DNA of 64,000 nt from an uncultured Anaerolineaceae bacterium (GTDB taxonomy: Bacteria; Chloroflexota; Anaerolineae; Anaerolineales; UBA4823), in NCBI GenBank assembly GCA_964547225.1, contig CAZJMV010000212.1:146067-210066 (forward strand). Direction: 5' to 3'. The notes beneath the pieces were generated by a model. That model saw only the letters and a program-made list of their open reading frames with translations. It searched no databases and was not told where the DNA came from. The translations under genes and the position numbers were made by a program. This document shows positions 36,562 to 46,371 of this stretch, piece after piece (the first letter of the stretch is position 1; each line of letters opens with the position of its first letter).

Positions 36562-37914
36562 ATGACGATAATATCAACCTCTTCAAACTCCAGAGTCGAT
36601 TTTCGGCGGATCTTAGAAACCTGGTTACCACTAGCTTTTAGCTGGTTGCTAATGTCTATTGAATTACCAGGAGTAAGTGCGATTATAGCTCGTTTAGCTG
36701 ATCCAGAGATTCATCTCGCGGCTTATGGTGGCGTAGTATTCCCCTTGGCTTTGATCATCGAAGCGCCGATTATTATGCTTTTAGCTGCTTCAACGGCATT
36801 GAGCAAAGATTGGGACTCTTACCAAAAAATTCGCAGCTTCATGCTGGTTGCTAGCATTAGTCTGACTGTCCTCCATTTCCTAGTTGCATTCACACCGATT
36901 TATTATTTTGTTGTTGAGGATATTATCGGCATTCCTGAAGAAGTCGTCGAGCCAGCTAAAATTGGCTTACGAATTATGCTCCCCTGGACATTTTCAATCG
37001 CCTTTCGACGCTTCAATCAAGGTGTGTTAATTCGTTTTGGACATTCTCGAGCGATTGGAGTCGGGACAATTGTTCGCTTAGTTACACTATGGGTAATCCT
37101 GCTAATCGGATATTCAAATGGAAATATCCCCGGTATCATCGTTGGTTCCACTGCGGTTGCTTTTGGAGTTATGAGTGAAGCTTTCTATGTCGGTTTGGTC
37201 GTTCGCCCCATCATTAGAGGAGAATTAAAACTGGCTCCAAGGCTAGAAACAACTTTAACCATTAAGTCTTTTCTCGAATTCTATATTCCATTAGCAATGA
37301 CATCTTTATTATTATTACTAGCTAATCCGATTGGGAGCGCCGCTCTAAGCCGGATGCCCAATGCACTCGCCTCCCTTGCAGCTTGGCCTGTCGTTTCGGG
37401 ATTGATCTTTATATTCAGAAGTATGGGAATGTCCTTTAACGAAGTCGTCGTCGCTCTAACAGATGAGCCCGGTTCCTACCCAAGCTTACGTAAATTTACT
37501 TATTTGTTAGCAGGAATGACTTCTTTGGGATTATTAATCATCACCGTTACACCGATTTCGTCCATCTGGCTTGAATTCATCTCTGCTCTTTCGCCAGAAT
37601 TAGCAACTCTCGCTAAACAAGCCCTATGGTTTGCCATACCACTCCCTGCAATCAACGCTTTCCAGAGTTGGTATCAAGGTGTGATCTTATTTGGAAAACG
37701 TACGCGCGGAATCACTGAGTCAATGATGATATACCTGGTAGTTAACACCAGCATTCAGGTATTTGGAATATTATGGGGTGGGGTGACAGGATTATATATC
37801 AGCGTTACCGCTTTGACCATTGGTATTCTATCGCAAACAACATGGTTGGGTATCCGTGGAAAACCGATATTATCCTCACTGAAAGAAAGAGATCAACAAG
37901 TAGCCACTCAATAA
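36562..37914 (+). CDS. MOP-superfamily (MATE/flippase-like) polytopic membrane transporter
   Basis: About 12 hydrophobic helices in an internally duplicated arrangement. Subfamily not determined. Confidence 0.55.
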   Translation: MTIISTSSNSRVDFRRILETWLPLAFSWLLMSIELPGVSAIIARLADPEIHLAAYGGVVFPLALIIEAPIIMLLAASTALSKDWDSYQKIRSFMLVASISLTVLHFLVAFTPIYYFVVEDIIGIPEEVVEPAKIGLRIMLPWTFSIAFRRFNQGVLIRFGHSRAIGVGTIVRLVTLWVILLIGYSNGNIPGIIVGSTAVAFGVMSEAFYVGLVVRPIIRGELKLAPRLETTLTIKSFLEFYIPLAMTSLLLLLANPIGSAALSRMPNALASLAAWPVVSGLIFIFRSMGMSFNEVVVALTDEPGSYPSLRKFTYLLAGMTSLGLLIITVTPISSIWLEFISALSPELATLAKQALWFAIPLPAINAFQSWYQGVILFGKRTRGITESMMIYLVVNTSIQVFGILWGGVTGLYISVTALTIGILSQTTWLGIRGKPILSSLKERDQQVATQ

Positions 37915-37930
37915 ATTCGCAGGAAATTAT

Positions 37931-38602
37931 ATGGATCCAAATTTCGCCCACTTCAATTCCTTTCTAATCCAAGGAGCAGCGCTTGGTCTCACAGCAGCCG
38001 CAATGCCCGGGCCTTTTCAGACTTATCTAATTAATCAAACACTGACTTCCGGATGGCGCAGCAGCAGCCTTCTCCCCTTTGTACCATTGATTAGTGATCC
38101 TCCAATCATATTATTTGCGATATTAGTTATCAATCAAATACCAGCCAATTTCAGCCAAATCCTTAACCTCGCCGGAGGTGCTTTTGTTTTATATGTTGTT
38201 TGGGGACTCTGGCACGATTGGCGAATGAGATATCAGAAAAAAGGTGAATATGATTTATCGAGTCATATCACATCATCCGATGTAGGGAAAGCCAATATAC
38301 CTTGGCATATGCTGTGGAAAGGGGTTCTAATGAATTTGTTGAGTCCTGGACCTTATTTGTTTTGGGGTTTAGTTCTGGGACCAATCCTTTTAGGTGGATG
38401 GCAGACATTTCCATTATATGGTGTTGTCTTCCTAATCGCTTTTTACGTTTCTTTAATCGGAAGCATGTTTTGTATTGTTATTCTCTTTCACCAAACACGT
38501 CGACTAGGCGAACAGTTTATAAAATTACTGATTTTGCTCAGCATTCTCATCTTATTTATTATTGGTATCTATTTAATTATTACGGGATTACAATTTGTAT
38601 AA
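37931..38602 (+). CDS. LysE/RhtB family amino-acid exporter
   Basis: N-terminal GAALGLTAAAMPGPFQTYLI motif and six-helix topology. Confidence 0.7.
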   Translation: MDPNFAHFNSFLIQGAALGLTAAAMPGPFQTYLINQTLTSGWRSSSLLPFVPLISDPPIILFAILVINQIPANFSQILNLAGGAFVLYVVWGLWHDWRMRYQKKGEYDLSSHITSSDVGKANIPWHMLWKGVLMNLLSPGPYLFWGLVLGPILLGGWQTFPLYGVVFLIAFYVSLIGSMFCIVILFHQTRRLGEQFIKLLILLSILILFIIGIYLIITGLQFV

Positions 38603-38678
38603 AAATAATGATAAATGGTGTATTGGAGATTTTTTAGTATAATTGTTTGTATTCAATTAATTCAATCAGGAGGAAGAT

Positions 38679-39035
38679 ATGCCCAAACTTACCGTTGATG
38701 GAAAGACTGTTGAAGTAGAAAAAGGAAAACGGTTGGTATTAGCGATCGAAGAAGCTGGTATTCCTATTGGTCACAGATGTGGAGGGAATGCGCGCTGTAC
38801 TACCTGTCGAGTTGTTTTCGAAGAAGGTGAACCCAGTAAAATGACCAAAGCGGAAAAGGAACGATTAGAAGCGAATGGTCTAACGGGAGAAGTGCGCTTA
38901 TCATGTCAGATAAATTGTGAACACGATATGGTTCTGAAGACTCTTATGACCCTTGATAATCAACCAGATTGGAAAGGGAAAAATGGACCTACCCCGAAAG
39001 AGGAAATCACGCCAGAAGCAGAGTGGATAGAATAA
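38679..39035 (+). CDS. 2Fe-2S ferredoxin
   Basis: Cys ligand pattern HRCGGNARCTTCRV ... LSCQ. Confidence 0.8.
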   Translation: MPKLTVDGKTVEVEKGKRLVLAIEEAGIPIGHRCGGNARCTTCRVVFEEGEPSKMTKAEKERLEANGLTGEVRLSCQINCEHDMVLKTLMTLDNQPDWKGKNGPTPKEEITPEAEWIE

Positions 39036-39046
39036 ATCCCATTTCA

Positions 39047-39090
39047 ATAAAACCCGAGTATTTTATTCGTAACTAATACTCGGGTTTTAT
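39047..39090. terminator. Bidirectional rho-independent terminator
   Basis: 16-bp perfect stem ATAAAACCCGAGTATT / AATACTCGGGTTTTAT with a 12-nt loop, between convergent genes. A/T runs on both sides. Confidence 0.8.
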
Positions 39091-39117
39091 AAGAACTCTT
39101 GGGAAAAAAATTGATTC

Positions 39118-39522
39118 CTAATACTCAATAACTCGAGGTAGATTTTTTGCTTGATTCACCCAATCTTCAACCTGCGATAGAACCGGCAAACGGCGAACTA
39201 AGGCTTTGACCTGATTTACCTCTACAAGTTTTTCATATAAATTTTGAGCATTGCGCTGCGCCAATTCAGGAACTGTATCCACACCCGCTTCTTCTAAGAG
39301 ATCAGAGTATTCTGATCCGACGCCCTTGATCCGATATAGATCAACATGATTAACCCACTCTAAAATCAAATCACCACTGATACCAGACTTTTCAGAGAGA
39401 GACTTACGCCCTGAAGGTGTAGCGCCTTGTTTCAATAAAGCATTGGTAGTTCTAACACCTATATCAACCAATTTTTGCGCATATACCTGACCAATCCCCT
39501 CAACATCAACAATCTTAGTCAT
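39118..39522 (-). CDS. DUF4332 (helix-hairpin-helix) domain protein
   Basis: VEGIGQVYAQKL...IKGVGSEYSDLLEEAGVDTVPELA repeated HhH pattern. Confidence 0.65.
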   Translation of the reverse strand: MTKIVDVEGIGQVYAQKLVDIGVRTTNALLKQGATPSGRKSLSEKSGISGDLILEWVNHVDLYRIKGVGSEYSDLLEEAGVDTVPELAQRNAQNLYEKLVEVNQVKALVRRLPVLSQVEDWVNQAKNLPRVIEY

Positions 39523-39661
39523 CTATACCTCCTTTTATATTAATCTAAAAAATTTTATGGATAAAAAATTTACATATATTTTATCATTATTTCATTTAAA
39601 CCCTACGTTTTAAGCGAGTTTTTTCATCAACACTTAACAAATTTTTTATACAATTCAACTG

Positions 39662-40108
39662 TTATTTCAAATCCATTATACAAAAGGGACAACGGATTGC
39701 TTCAATCGGAATCTCAAATTTACAGTAAGGGCATTGCTTTGTTTGAGGTTTGCTTATCTCCTTGGAATCACCTTTAAGATATATGTTAATTTGTTTAACA
39801 ACAAGGAATAAAACAAAAGCGACTATCAAAAAATTAATAATATTACTCATAAACATGCCATAATTAAATGTTGCCGCGCCAGTCTCCTTAGCAACTGCCA
39901 ATGAAGCATAAGTTTGTCCATCCAAACTAATAAACAATTCCGAAAAATCCACTTTCCCTAGCAACATCCCAAACGGTGGCATAAGAATATCATTAACCAA
40001 AGAATTGACTACGTTTGTAAAGGCAGCGCCAATAATAATACCGATGGCTAAATCAATCATATTTCCCCGAAAAGCGAATTCACGAAATTCAGAAAATATT
40101 TTTTTCAT
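39662..40108 (-). CDS. mscL: Large-conductance mechanosensitive channel MscL with a C-terminal CxxC...CxxC tail
   Basis: FREFAFRGNMIDLAIGIIIGAAF...DILMPPFG. Tail CPYCKFEIPIEAIRCPFC. Confidence 0.9.
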   Translation of the reverse strand: MKKIFSEFREFAFRGNMIDLAIGIIIGAAFTNVVNSLVNDILMPPFGMLLGKVDFSELFISLDGQTYASLAVAKETGAATFNYGMFMSNIINFLIVAFVLFLVVKQINIYLKGDSKEISKPQTKQCPYCKFEIPIEAIRCPFCIMDLK

Positions 40109-40142
40109 ATCCTTCCTCCTTATTAAACTTAATAAAAATAAA

Positions 40143-40631
40143 TCAATCCCTTCTAGACATTATCTGATTAAAGAGTTCTTCTGGCACTCTAACCGTAACG
40201 ACTTCACCTTGTGCGCATAAGTTGCCTTCCGCGAATAAATCCACCTTAACAATAACCTTTCTATCTTTGATTTCTTTGATGCTTCCACGCAATTCTAATT
40301 CTGGTCCCAAGGGAGTTGGATACAAATAATCTACTTTCAATGATGCCGTTAAAAATCTCAAAACAGGTTCTGTATCCATTTCACGCCCCTCAGCCTTATA
40401 GGCGGCTGCAGCGGCAGTACCGGTGGCATGACAATCGATCAAAGATGCAATCAAACCACCATATACAAACCCTGGAACGGCAATATGATACGAGCGTGGT
40501 GTGAAGCGACTGACGGTCTCCTCTCCATCCCAATAACTTTTGATATGTAAGCCATGTTCATTAAGTCGACCACATCCATAACAATAACTCATTTGATCCG
40601 GATAATAATCTTGAAAAGCTTTTTGATTCAT
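40143..40631 (-). CDS. PaaI-family hotdog thioesterase
   Basis: CYGCGRLNEHGL N-terminal motif, GFVYGGLIASLIDC, hotdog-sized. Confidence 0.65.
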   Translation of the reverse strand: MNQKAFQDYYPDQMSYCYGCGRLNEHGLHIKSYWDGEETVSRFTPRSYHIAVPGFVYGGLIASLIDCHATGTAAAAAYKAEGREMDTEPVLRFLTASLKVDYLYPTPLGPELELRGSIKEIKDRKVIVKVDLFAEGNLCAQGEVVTVRVPEELFNQIMSRRD

Positions 40632-40696
40632 TTTGCCTCCAAATGGATTATTTTGAAATTTTTTTCTCTATTGCCATTCCAAAAAATGGATTGGAA

Positions 40697-41380
40697 TTAC
40701 TCTACATCTGTATAAGACTCAAATAATGCTCGAAATTCATGTGCCGATAATGGACGCGAGCCATGACCCGGAAATATCTGTAAAGGTTGACAATTATAGA
40801 GGGCGAGTAGACTCCTTTTGATTTGCGTCCAATCAGAAGCATAATAACGCTGAAAGTGTGGTTTTCCAGATGTAGAAATTAAATCCCCAACAAAAGCATA
40901 TCCTTCTGAAGTTAACAGAGCACTTGAACCCGGTGTATGTCCTGGCAAATGAATTAGCGAGGCATCCAAACCAAAATCATCAAATCTATCTCCATGTTCA
41001 AAGATCATATCTGGTTCAACAGGTTCGAATCTGTAAAACCTTTGCAAAATCGGTAATAGGTATTTGACAAACTTACCTCTTCCACGTACATCTCCAAGTC
41101 TTGTCTCCCCGTTCTTTAACGCTTCGACATCATCAGAATGAATAACAATCGAAGCACCTGTTTTTTCTCGGATATCTTTTGCTGAGCCACAGTGATCTAA
41201 ATGGGCATGGGTCAAGAAAATCATCTTAAGATCATCCCTGCCAATCAATTGCATATAGTTGAGTACTTTTCCTTGCATACCTGGCATACCAACATCAACA
41301 AGATAGAGTCCTTCTTTTGTTTCGATCATATATGCACGGGACAAACCCATGTCTAGGTTATGAATCAACACATCCGACAT
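40697..41380 (-). CDS. MBL-fold metallo-hydrolase
   Basis: THAHLDHCG metal-binding motif and downstream His/Asp ligands. Confidence 0.8.
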   Translation of the reverse strand: MSDVLIHNLDMGLSRAYMIETKEGLYLVDVGMPGMQGKVLNYMQLIGRDDLKMIFLTHAHLDHCGSAKDIREKTGASIVIHSDDVEALKNGETRLGDVRGRGKFVKYLLPILQRFYRFEPVEPDMIFEHGDRFDDFGLDASLIHLPGHTPGSSALLTSEGYAFVGDLISTSGKPHFQRYYASDWTQIKRSLLALYNCQPLQIFPGHGSRPLSAHEFRALFESYTDVE

Positions 41381-41389
41381 CAGAATGTT

Positions 41390-41734
41390 TCACTGCAAAC
41401 GTAACAAAATCTTTCCATGCCCCCATAATTCCTCTAGCCGATAATAATCTCTTTTTTCGATTGAGAAAATATGCAATACTACATTTCCATAATCGACTAA
41501 TACCCAACCATCTTCAGGAGATCCTTCTGGTCGGGCTTTTATTCGGTGTTTGTCTCGCAAATCATCAATCACATCATCTACTAAAGCTTTGATCATGCGT
41601 TCACTTGTTCCCGAACAAATCACAAAATAATCTGTAAAATCAGATAACCCGAGGATATCCAATAAAACGATATTCTCTCCCTTTTTTTCTTCCAGTACAT
41701 CAACAATATTTCGCGCTAATTCTAAAGCTTCCAG
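41390..41734 (-). CDS. rsfS: Ribosome silencing factor RsfS; N-terminus extended beyond the track ORF
   Basis: DYFVICSGTSERMIKAL...WVLVDYGNVVLHIF is the RsfS signature. The frame is open up to a TGA at 41738-41740. GAGGTGA RBS precedes a CTG at 41734. Confidence 0.8.
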   Translation of the reverse strand: MEALELARNIVDVLEEKKGENIVLLDILGLSDFTDYFVICSGTSERMIKALVDDVIDDLRDKHRIKARPEGSPEDGWVLVDYGNVVLHIFSIEKRDYYRLEELWGHGKILLRLQ

Positions 41735-41775
41735 ATTTCACCTCACTTCATTGTTTTTAATAATAATCGTCGTTT

Positions 41776-42366
41776 TTACTCTGTGGTTTTATTAAGCTCT
41801 CCAGAAAATAACTTTGTATATACTGCACCTCCTGGATGCAGGTCACTCCGAAATAGATGAACATCCCGAATACAAGCGGCGCCTAAATAACCAATCTTTA
41901 TCTCAGAAAGCAATTTACTCACTTTAGATACCGAGTCTGAATTTGCATTGCGCGGTATTCTACCAATTGTCAGGTGAGGAGAAAATTTACGTTCTTCTCG
42001 CATATACCCCAATCGTGAAGTCCCAATTTCCAATTTTCTCTGAAGATCAAATAAATTTGGTGGCGCTTCAACACCAACCCAAATGACTCGCGGTCGATGG
42101 ACTGATGGAAAAGCGCCAATTTTTCCGACACTGATCTCAAATTCTTGAAGTTGACTTGCTTCAGTTTGAATTAATTCTGTCAGAATATTCAGATTGGAAA
42201 CAGAAACATCCCCAAGAAATTTCAGGGTTAAGTGAATATGATCAACCGCCACCCATCTAATGGGATTACCTTGTAATCGTTGTTTCACCTGAGAAACAAG
42301 CTTTTCAAGATTAGTATAAATCTCTGGGGAAAGGTTAATTGCAATAAAAGCTCTAATTACACTCAT
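41776..42366 (-). CDS. thpR: RNA 2',3'-cyclic phosphodiesterase (2H phosphoesterase, ThpR/LigT)
   Basis: Two H-x-T-x motifs (HLTLKF and HLTIGR). Confidence 0.8.
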   Translation of the reverse strand: MSVIRAFIAINLSPEIYTNLEKLVSQVKQRLQGNPIRWVAVDHIHLTLKFLGDVSVSNLNILTELIQTEASQLQEFEISVGKIGAFPSVHRPRVIWVGVEAPPNLFDLQRKLEIGTSRLGYMREERKFSPHLTIGRIPRNANSDSVSKVSKLLSEIKIGYLGAACIRDVHLFRSDLHPGGAVYTKLFSGELNKTTE

Positions 42367-42479
42367 CGCGATCTTACCCCGCGCATTTCTTTTTTGATAG
42401 AAAAAAATATAGATAAAAAATCACTCTATTTAGAAGATGCATATAATTTTATATTATATCGCAAGAAATTCGAACCATT

Positions 42480-43973
42480 TCACATACCGCTGTAAAGCCT
42501 AATTAGCTGATCATAATCCTCTGGGGTATCGATATCAAATTCTGCACGGGGATCAATCCAATCAATCCAAGATATTCTTTGAGATGAAAACAAAGCGCGT
42601 CCACCCTGGTCGCCAGAGATCTTCAATAATTTGTTAAATAAGCGCCTGTCAAATAGGACCGGATTGACACGTTTATGATCAACCTGCGGGGTAATAATCG
42701 AAGCTTGTGTACGTTTATGCATTTCTATCAGGCTCTGTAAAAGAGTCACTGAAACTTGTGGTTGATCTACTAACATAATAATAGAGGCACCTATCGTGTT
42801 AGGAAGAGCTCTAATTGCTTGAATGACAGAGGTACTTTGTCCTTTTTGCCATTCCGGATTATATACACAGCTCACGGATAAGTCAGAAACGGCTGCCCGT
42901 ACCCGTTCATCTGAGTTTCCAGTGATAATCAACAATGGGTTCAAATCTGAGGATAAAGCGACACGCGCTATATGACGAATAAACGGTTGCCCATGCCAAG
43001 TCAAGGTTTGTTTTGGCGAGCCGTAGCGTTGCGAACCACCTGCGGCTAAGATAATTCCAGCAATATTTTCATGCACTGCAACGATTTCTTCTGAGGAAAT
43101 CACAGGATGGTGATCTTTTCTACTTGAATTTAACGAGGAAACCAGCACCGCAGAATAATGAGGCAATAAATATCTTGCAAGGCGATACGCATCTGATTGA
43201 ACCTTTTTTGTATCTGCCTGATTGAGAATTATAATCCGCTGCATATCTTTTCGAATAGCCTTTAATCCACCTTGGGGGGAATTAACTACTTTGGCAAGAG
43301 ATAAAACATTAATTTTTTCACCCCCAGAAAGCCCACTCAATCTGGCAAACAAATCAACACGGTGAACCCATTGTTCATCTAGTGGTTTCCCCAATCCCGA
43401 TAACCCTAAGACTACGATGACCTGTTCAACCCAATCTGGAATTTGCGGTTCGTAATCAGCCGGAGCTTTTAAGGGAGGCTTGCATGATTCATCAGCTTCA
43501 ATCAATAAGGGAAGATGTAAATTCTGTGACAGATTATATAGATAATCCAACGCTAAACCTGAAAGCCCCGCTACTCGGTTTTCTTTATCCTCTCTACCAG
43601 TAAATAATAAGACACCTAAGGGTAAATCCTTTTCCACTTTGATTAGGTCATGCATAGATTTAATCACAAAATGATGATCTGCCCAAAGCGCTTGTTCCAC
43701 ACCTAAATGAGTGGTGGATGTCAATAAGACTGTATTTTGTTCTGATTCGGAAAATGAACTCTGGATAATCTCCCGAGCTAAGCGAAAGAGGGTAGCAGTT
43801 TTTCCACCTGAACCAACGATCGCTAAACAAGGTGGGGAGTCTAATCTCAAGACATCCAGAAGCTTCACAGACCGCCCGAAGTCAACAAACTTACGATCAG
43901 ATTTTTCCCAAAGATTTAAGAACTCTTTGTGGGGTAAGCGGAAATTCATGGAACCAAACACCGGTCGCATCAT
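42480..43973 (-). CDS. Fusion of a YqeC-like selenium-dependent hydroxylase accessory domain and a MocA/MobA-like molybdenum cofactor nucleotidyltransferase
   Basis: N-terminal LAIVGSGGKTAT (YqeC-like). C-terminal GIILAAGGSQRYGSPKQ (MobA/MocA). The true start is uncertain: the longest ORF overlaps the upstream gene by 77 nt, and an alternative GTG at 43868 does not. Confidence 0.7.
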   Translation of the reverse strand: MMRPVFGSMNFRLPHKEFLNLWEKSDRKFVDFGRSVKLLDVLRLDSPPCLAIVGSGGKTATLFRLAREIIQSSFSESEQNTVLLTSTTHLGVEQALWADHHFVIKSMHDLIKVEKDLPLGVLLFTGREDKENRVAGLSGLALDYLYNLSQNLHLPLLIEADESCKPPLKAPADYEPQIPDWVEQVIVVLGLSGLGKPLDEQWVHRVDLFARLSGLSGGEKINVLSLAKVVNSPQGGLKAIRKDMQRIIILNQADTKKVQSDAYRLARYLLPHYSAVLVSSLNSSRKDHHPVISSEEIVAVHENIAGIILAAGGSQRYGSPKQTLTWHGQPFIRHIARVALSSDLNPLLIITGNSDERVRAAVSDLSVSCVYNPEWQKGQSTSVIQAIRALPNTIGASIIMLVDQPQVSVTLLQSLIEMHKRTQASIITPQVDHKRVNPVLFDRRLFNKLLKISGDQGGRALFSSQRISWIDWIDPRAEFDIDTPEDYDQLIRLYSGM

Positions 43974-46134
43974 ACATCGCAGCCATCACCGCTGGTGGAA
44001 GAGAGATGAAAGGCATTTCTCCCACCCCGCGTGCGCCAAAAGGCCCAATGGGATCCGGGTATTCCTTGATAACCGATGCAACATTCTCAGGGATATCTAA
44101 AACTGTCGGGATCAGATATGTGGAAAGTTGGTTTGTCTGTACATAACCATCCTTTTGAATGAAGTTCTCAAGGATTGCATAACCAGCCGCTTGAACTACC
44201 GCTCCTTCAATTTGACCTTCTACTTGCTGAGGATTAATCGCCTGACCAACATCATCCACAGAAATTACATCGAGGATCTGAACATGACCGGTCTCGATAT
44301 CCACTTCAATAGTAACCGCTTGTGCCACATACCCATAACTGAAGTTGGGGATACATTCACCTGTTTCAGGATCATAAGGAGTCGTGCGTGGTGGATAATA
44401 AGTATATTCAGCTATTGCCGGTCGTTCCTCTTTCTGCCATTTTTCAAGCGCGGCATGAACAGCGCCGTTGATTGAATTCCCTGACATAAAAGTCATTCGT
44501 GAAGCAGAAACACTACCCGAGTTCCCAGTAGTAGCTGTATCTGATGTGACCATTTCAACTTTATCTAGTGAGACACCAGCTGCCTCAGCAGCCATTTGGG
44601 CAATCGCTGTATGCGTACCCTGCCCGACTTCCGCAGCAGCATGATAAACGACCACATGCTCAATCTCCGATTTACCATGTAGTTCCACCTTAGCCGTACA
44701 GTTTTCAGGAGCCCCAAAAGAGAACCCGACATTTTTATAAGCTGCTGCAAATCCTAATCCACGTTTCAAATTAGGCAAATCACTAGGTTTTAGCATGGAA
44801 TTAGACCGATCAAGTTTTGCTTTGATCTGCCCCTGAAGATCTTGCGTGATTTCCCAACCTGCTTTCTGAGCACACTGCTGAATTACCGGCAACAAACTGA
44901 CTCCATCAGGTATCGGTGAACCAACGGATGTGATAGAACCATCTTTCAGTGCATTCTTCATGCGTAGTTCAACTGGATCCATCCCTAGCGCTTCTGCCAA
45001 GCGGTTCATCTGCATCTCTGCTGCGAAGATTCCCTGAGGTCCTCCAAATCCACGGAAAGCTCCACCTGGAATATTATTTGTATAAATTGCATAAGAATCG
45101 ACTTTAACATTGAGTATTTCATAAGGACCGGTACACATCAAAGTCGCATTTCCCATTACCTTAGTGGATGTATAAATATAGGCGCCACCGTCCGCAAAAA
45201 TCTTCACATCAGCAGCGATCACCTTTCCATCTTTTGTGGCGCCCCAGCGAGTGCGCAGAATATAAGCATGCCTTTTATGGTGACCGATAATCGATTCCTC
45301 GCGATTCCAGATCAATTTTACCGGTCGATCGATACCACGTTGATGTAATCGCAAAGCTGCTAATGCTAGCACAATCTGAATGGACATATCTTCGCGACCT
45401 CCAAAAGCGCCCCCAATCGCTGGATAAATCACACGTACCTGTTCCAGCGGTAAATCTAAAGCGTGCGCGATCTGCTCTTGATCTTCGTGTGTCCATTGTC
45501 CAGCCACCTGAATTGTGACTCGCCCTTCTTCATCGATATACCCAACTCCTGCTTCAGGTTGCAAATAAGCGTGTTCTTGTACCGGCGTACGATATTCACC
45601 CTCAACAATCACATCCGCTTCTTTAAAAGCATTTTCAACATTTCCATGTCGAATCTTATAATGACAGAAAATATTTGAATCCTGATCGGGATGGAGCAGG
45701 ACAGCGTCTTCTTTTATTGCCTCAAGTGGATCAGTGATCACTGGTAAATCATTGTATGTGACATCAATCAGAGATCGCGCCTGTTCCGCAATTTGCTCCG
45801 TTTCTGCAACAATCACAGCTAATTGATCACCCACAAATCGCACATGGTTTGCAAATGGTTTGTTGGACCCCAAACCGCAGAGGACGGGTTGGTCTGGTGT
45901 GATCAAGCCATATTCATTAACTGGGACATCTTTGGCAGTGAGAATAGCCAGAACTCCTGGTAAAGTTTCAGCGCGCGTAATATCCATACGTTCAATAATG
46001 GCATGAGGTCGATTTGCGAAGAGGATTTTCAAATATGCCTGTTCAGGCATATCGATATCACCCGGATAAAGCGCTTCTCCAGTAACTTTAGCTCTTGCAT
46101 CTAATCGAGCAGCTGATTTTCCAATAGTCGGCAT
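43897..46134 (-). CDS. Xanthine dehydrogenase/aldehyde oxidase family molybdopterin-binding large subunit
   Basis: a/b-hammerhead N-terminus (ARAKVTGEALYPGDI), GGAFGGRE, GGFGGP-like and C-terminal GVGE motifs. Confidence 0.9.
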   Translation of the reverse strand: MPTIGKSAARLDARAKVTGEALYPGDIDMPEQAYLKILFANRPHAIIERMDITRAETLPGVLAILTAKDVPVNEYGLITPDQPVLCGLGSNKPFANHVRFVGDQLAVIVAETEQIAEQARSLIDVTYNDLPVITDPLEAIKEDAVLLHPDQDSNIFCHYKIRHGNVENAFKEADVIVEGEYRTPVQEHAYLQPEAGVGYIDEEGRVTIQVAGQWTHEDQEQIAHALDLPLEQVRVIYPAIGGAFGGREDMSIQIVLALAALRLHQRGIDRPVKLIWNREESIIGHHKRHAYILRTRWGATKDGKVIAADVKIFADGGAYIYTSTKVMGNATLMCTGPYEILNVKVDSYAIYTNNIPGGAFRGFGGPQGIFAAEMQMNRLAEALGMDPVELRMKNALKDGSITSVGSPIPDGVSLLPVIQQCAQKAGWEITQDLQGQIKAKLDRSNSMLKPSDLPNLKRGLGFAAAYKNVGFSFGAPENCTAKVELHGKSEIEHVVVYHAAAEVGQGTHTAIAQMAAEAAGVSLDKVEMVTSDTATTGNSGSVSASRMTFMSGNSINGAVHAALEKWQKEERPAIAEYTYYPPRTTPYDPETGECIPNFSYGYVAQAVTIEVDIETGHVQILDVISVDDVGQAINPQQVEGQIEGAVVQAAGYAILENFIQKDGYVQTNQLSTYLIPTVLDIPENVASVIKEYPDPIGPFGARGVGEMPFISLPPAVMAAMYDATGVWFHEFPLTPQRVLKSLGKI

Positions 46135-46371
46135 TTTCTACTCCAAATAAATTCTATATGTGAATCAATGCCTAAAATTATACCTCCATTGTGCAATGGG
46201 TTTAATACAAAAAAGTTATTAATACATCTATACCTTGCTGATACCCACACATTTCTCCCGTTTTGAAGAAATCATTATTGATTAACCTGAAATTCTAGAT
46301 ATACTTGTATCTAAAGATAACTTGAACTGAAAATTCTGGATTTTAATTCGTTAGCACTCTGGAGATATATC

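Noticed and set aside
46186-46199. CCATTGTGCAATGG inverted repeat upstream of the Mo-hydroxylase gene; also considered a Moco riboswitch in 46135-46371
   Set aside because: The repeat is short and could be chance. I could not recognise the conserved Moco-riboswitch core by eye, so a covariance-model scan is needed.
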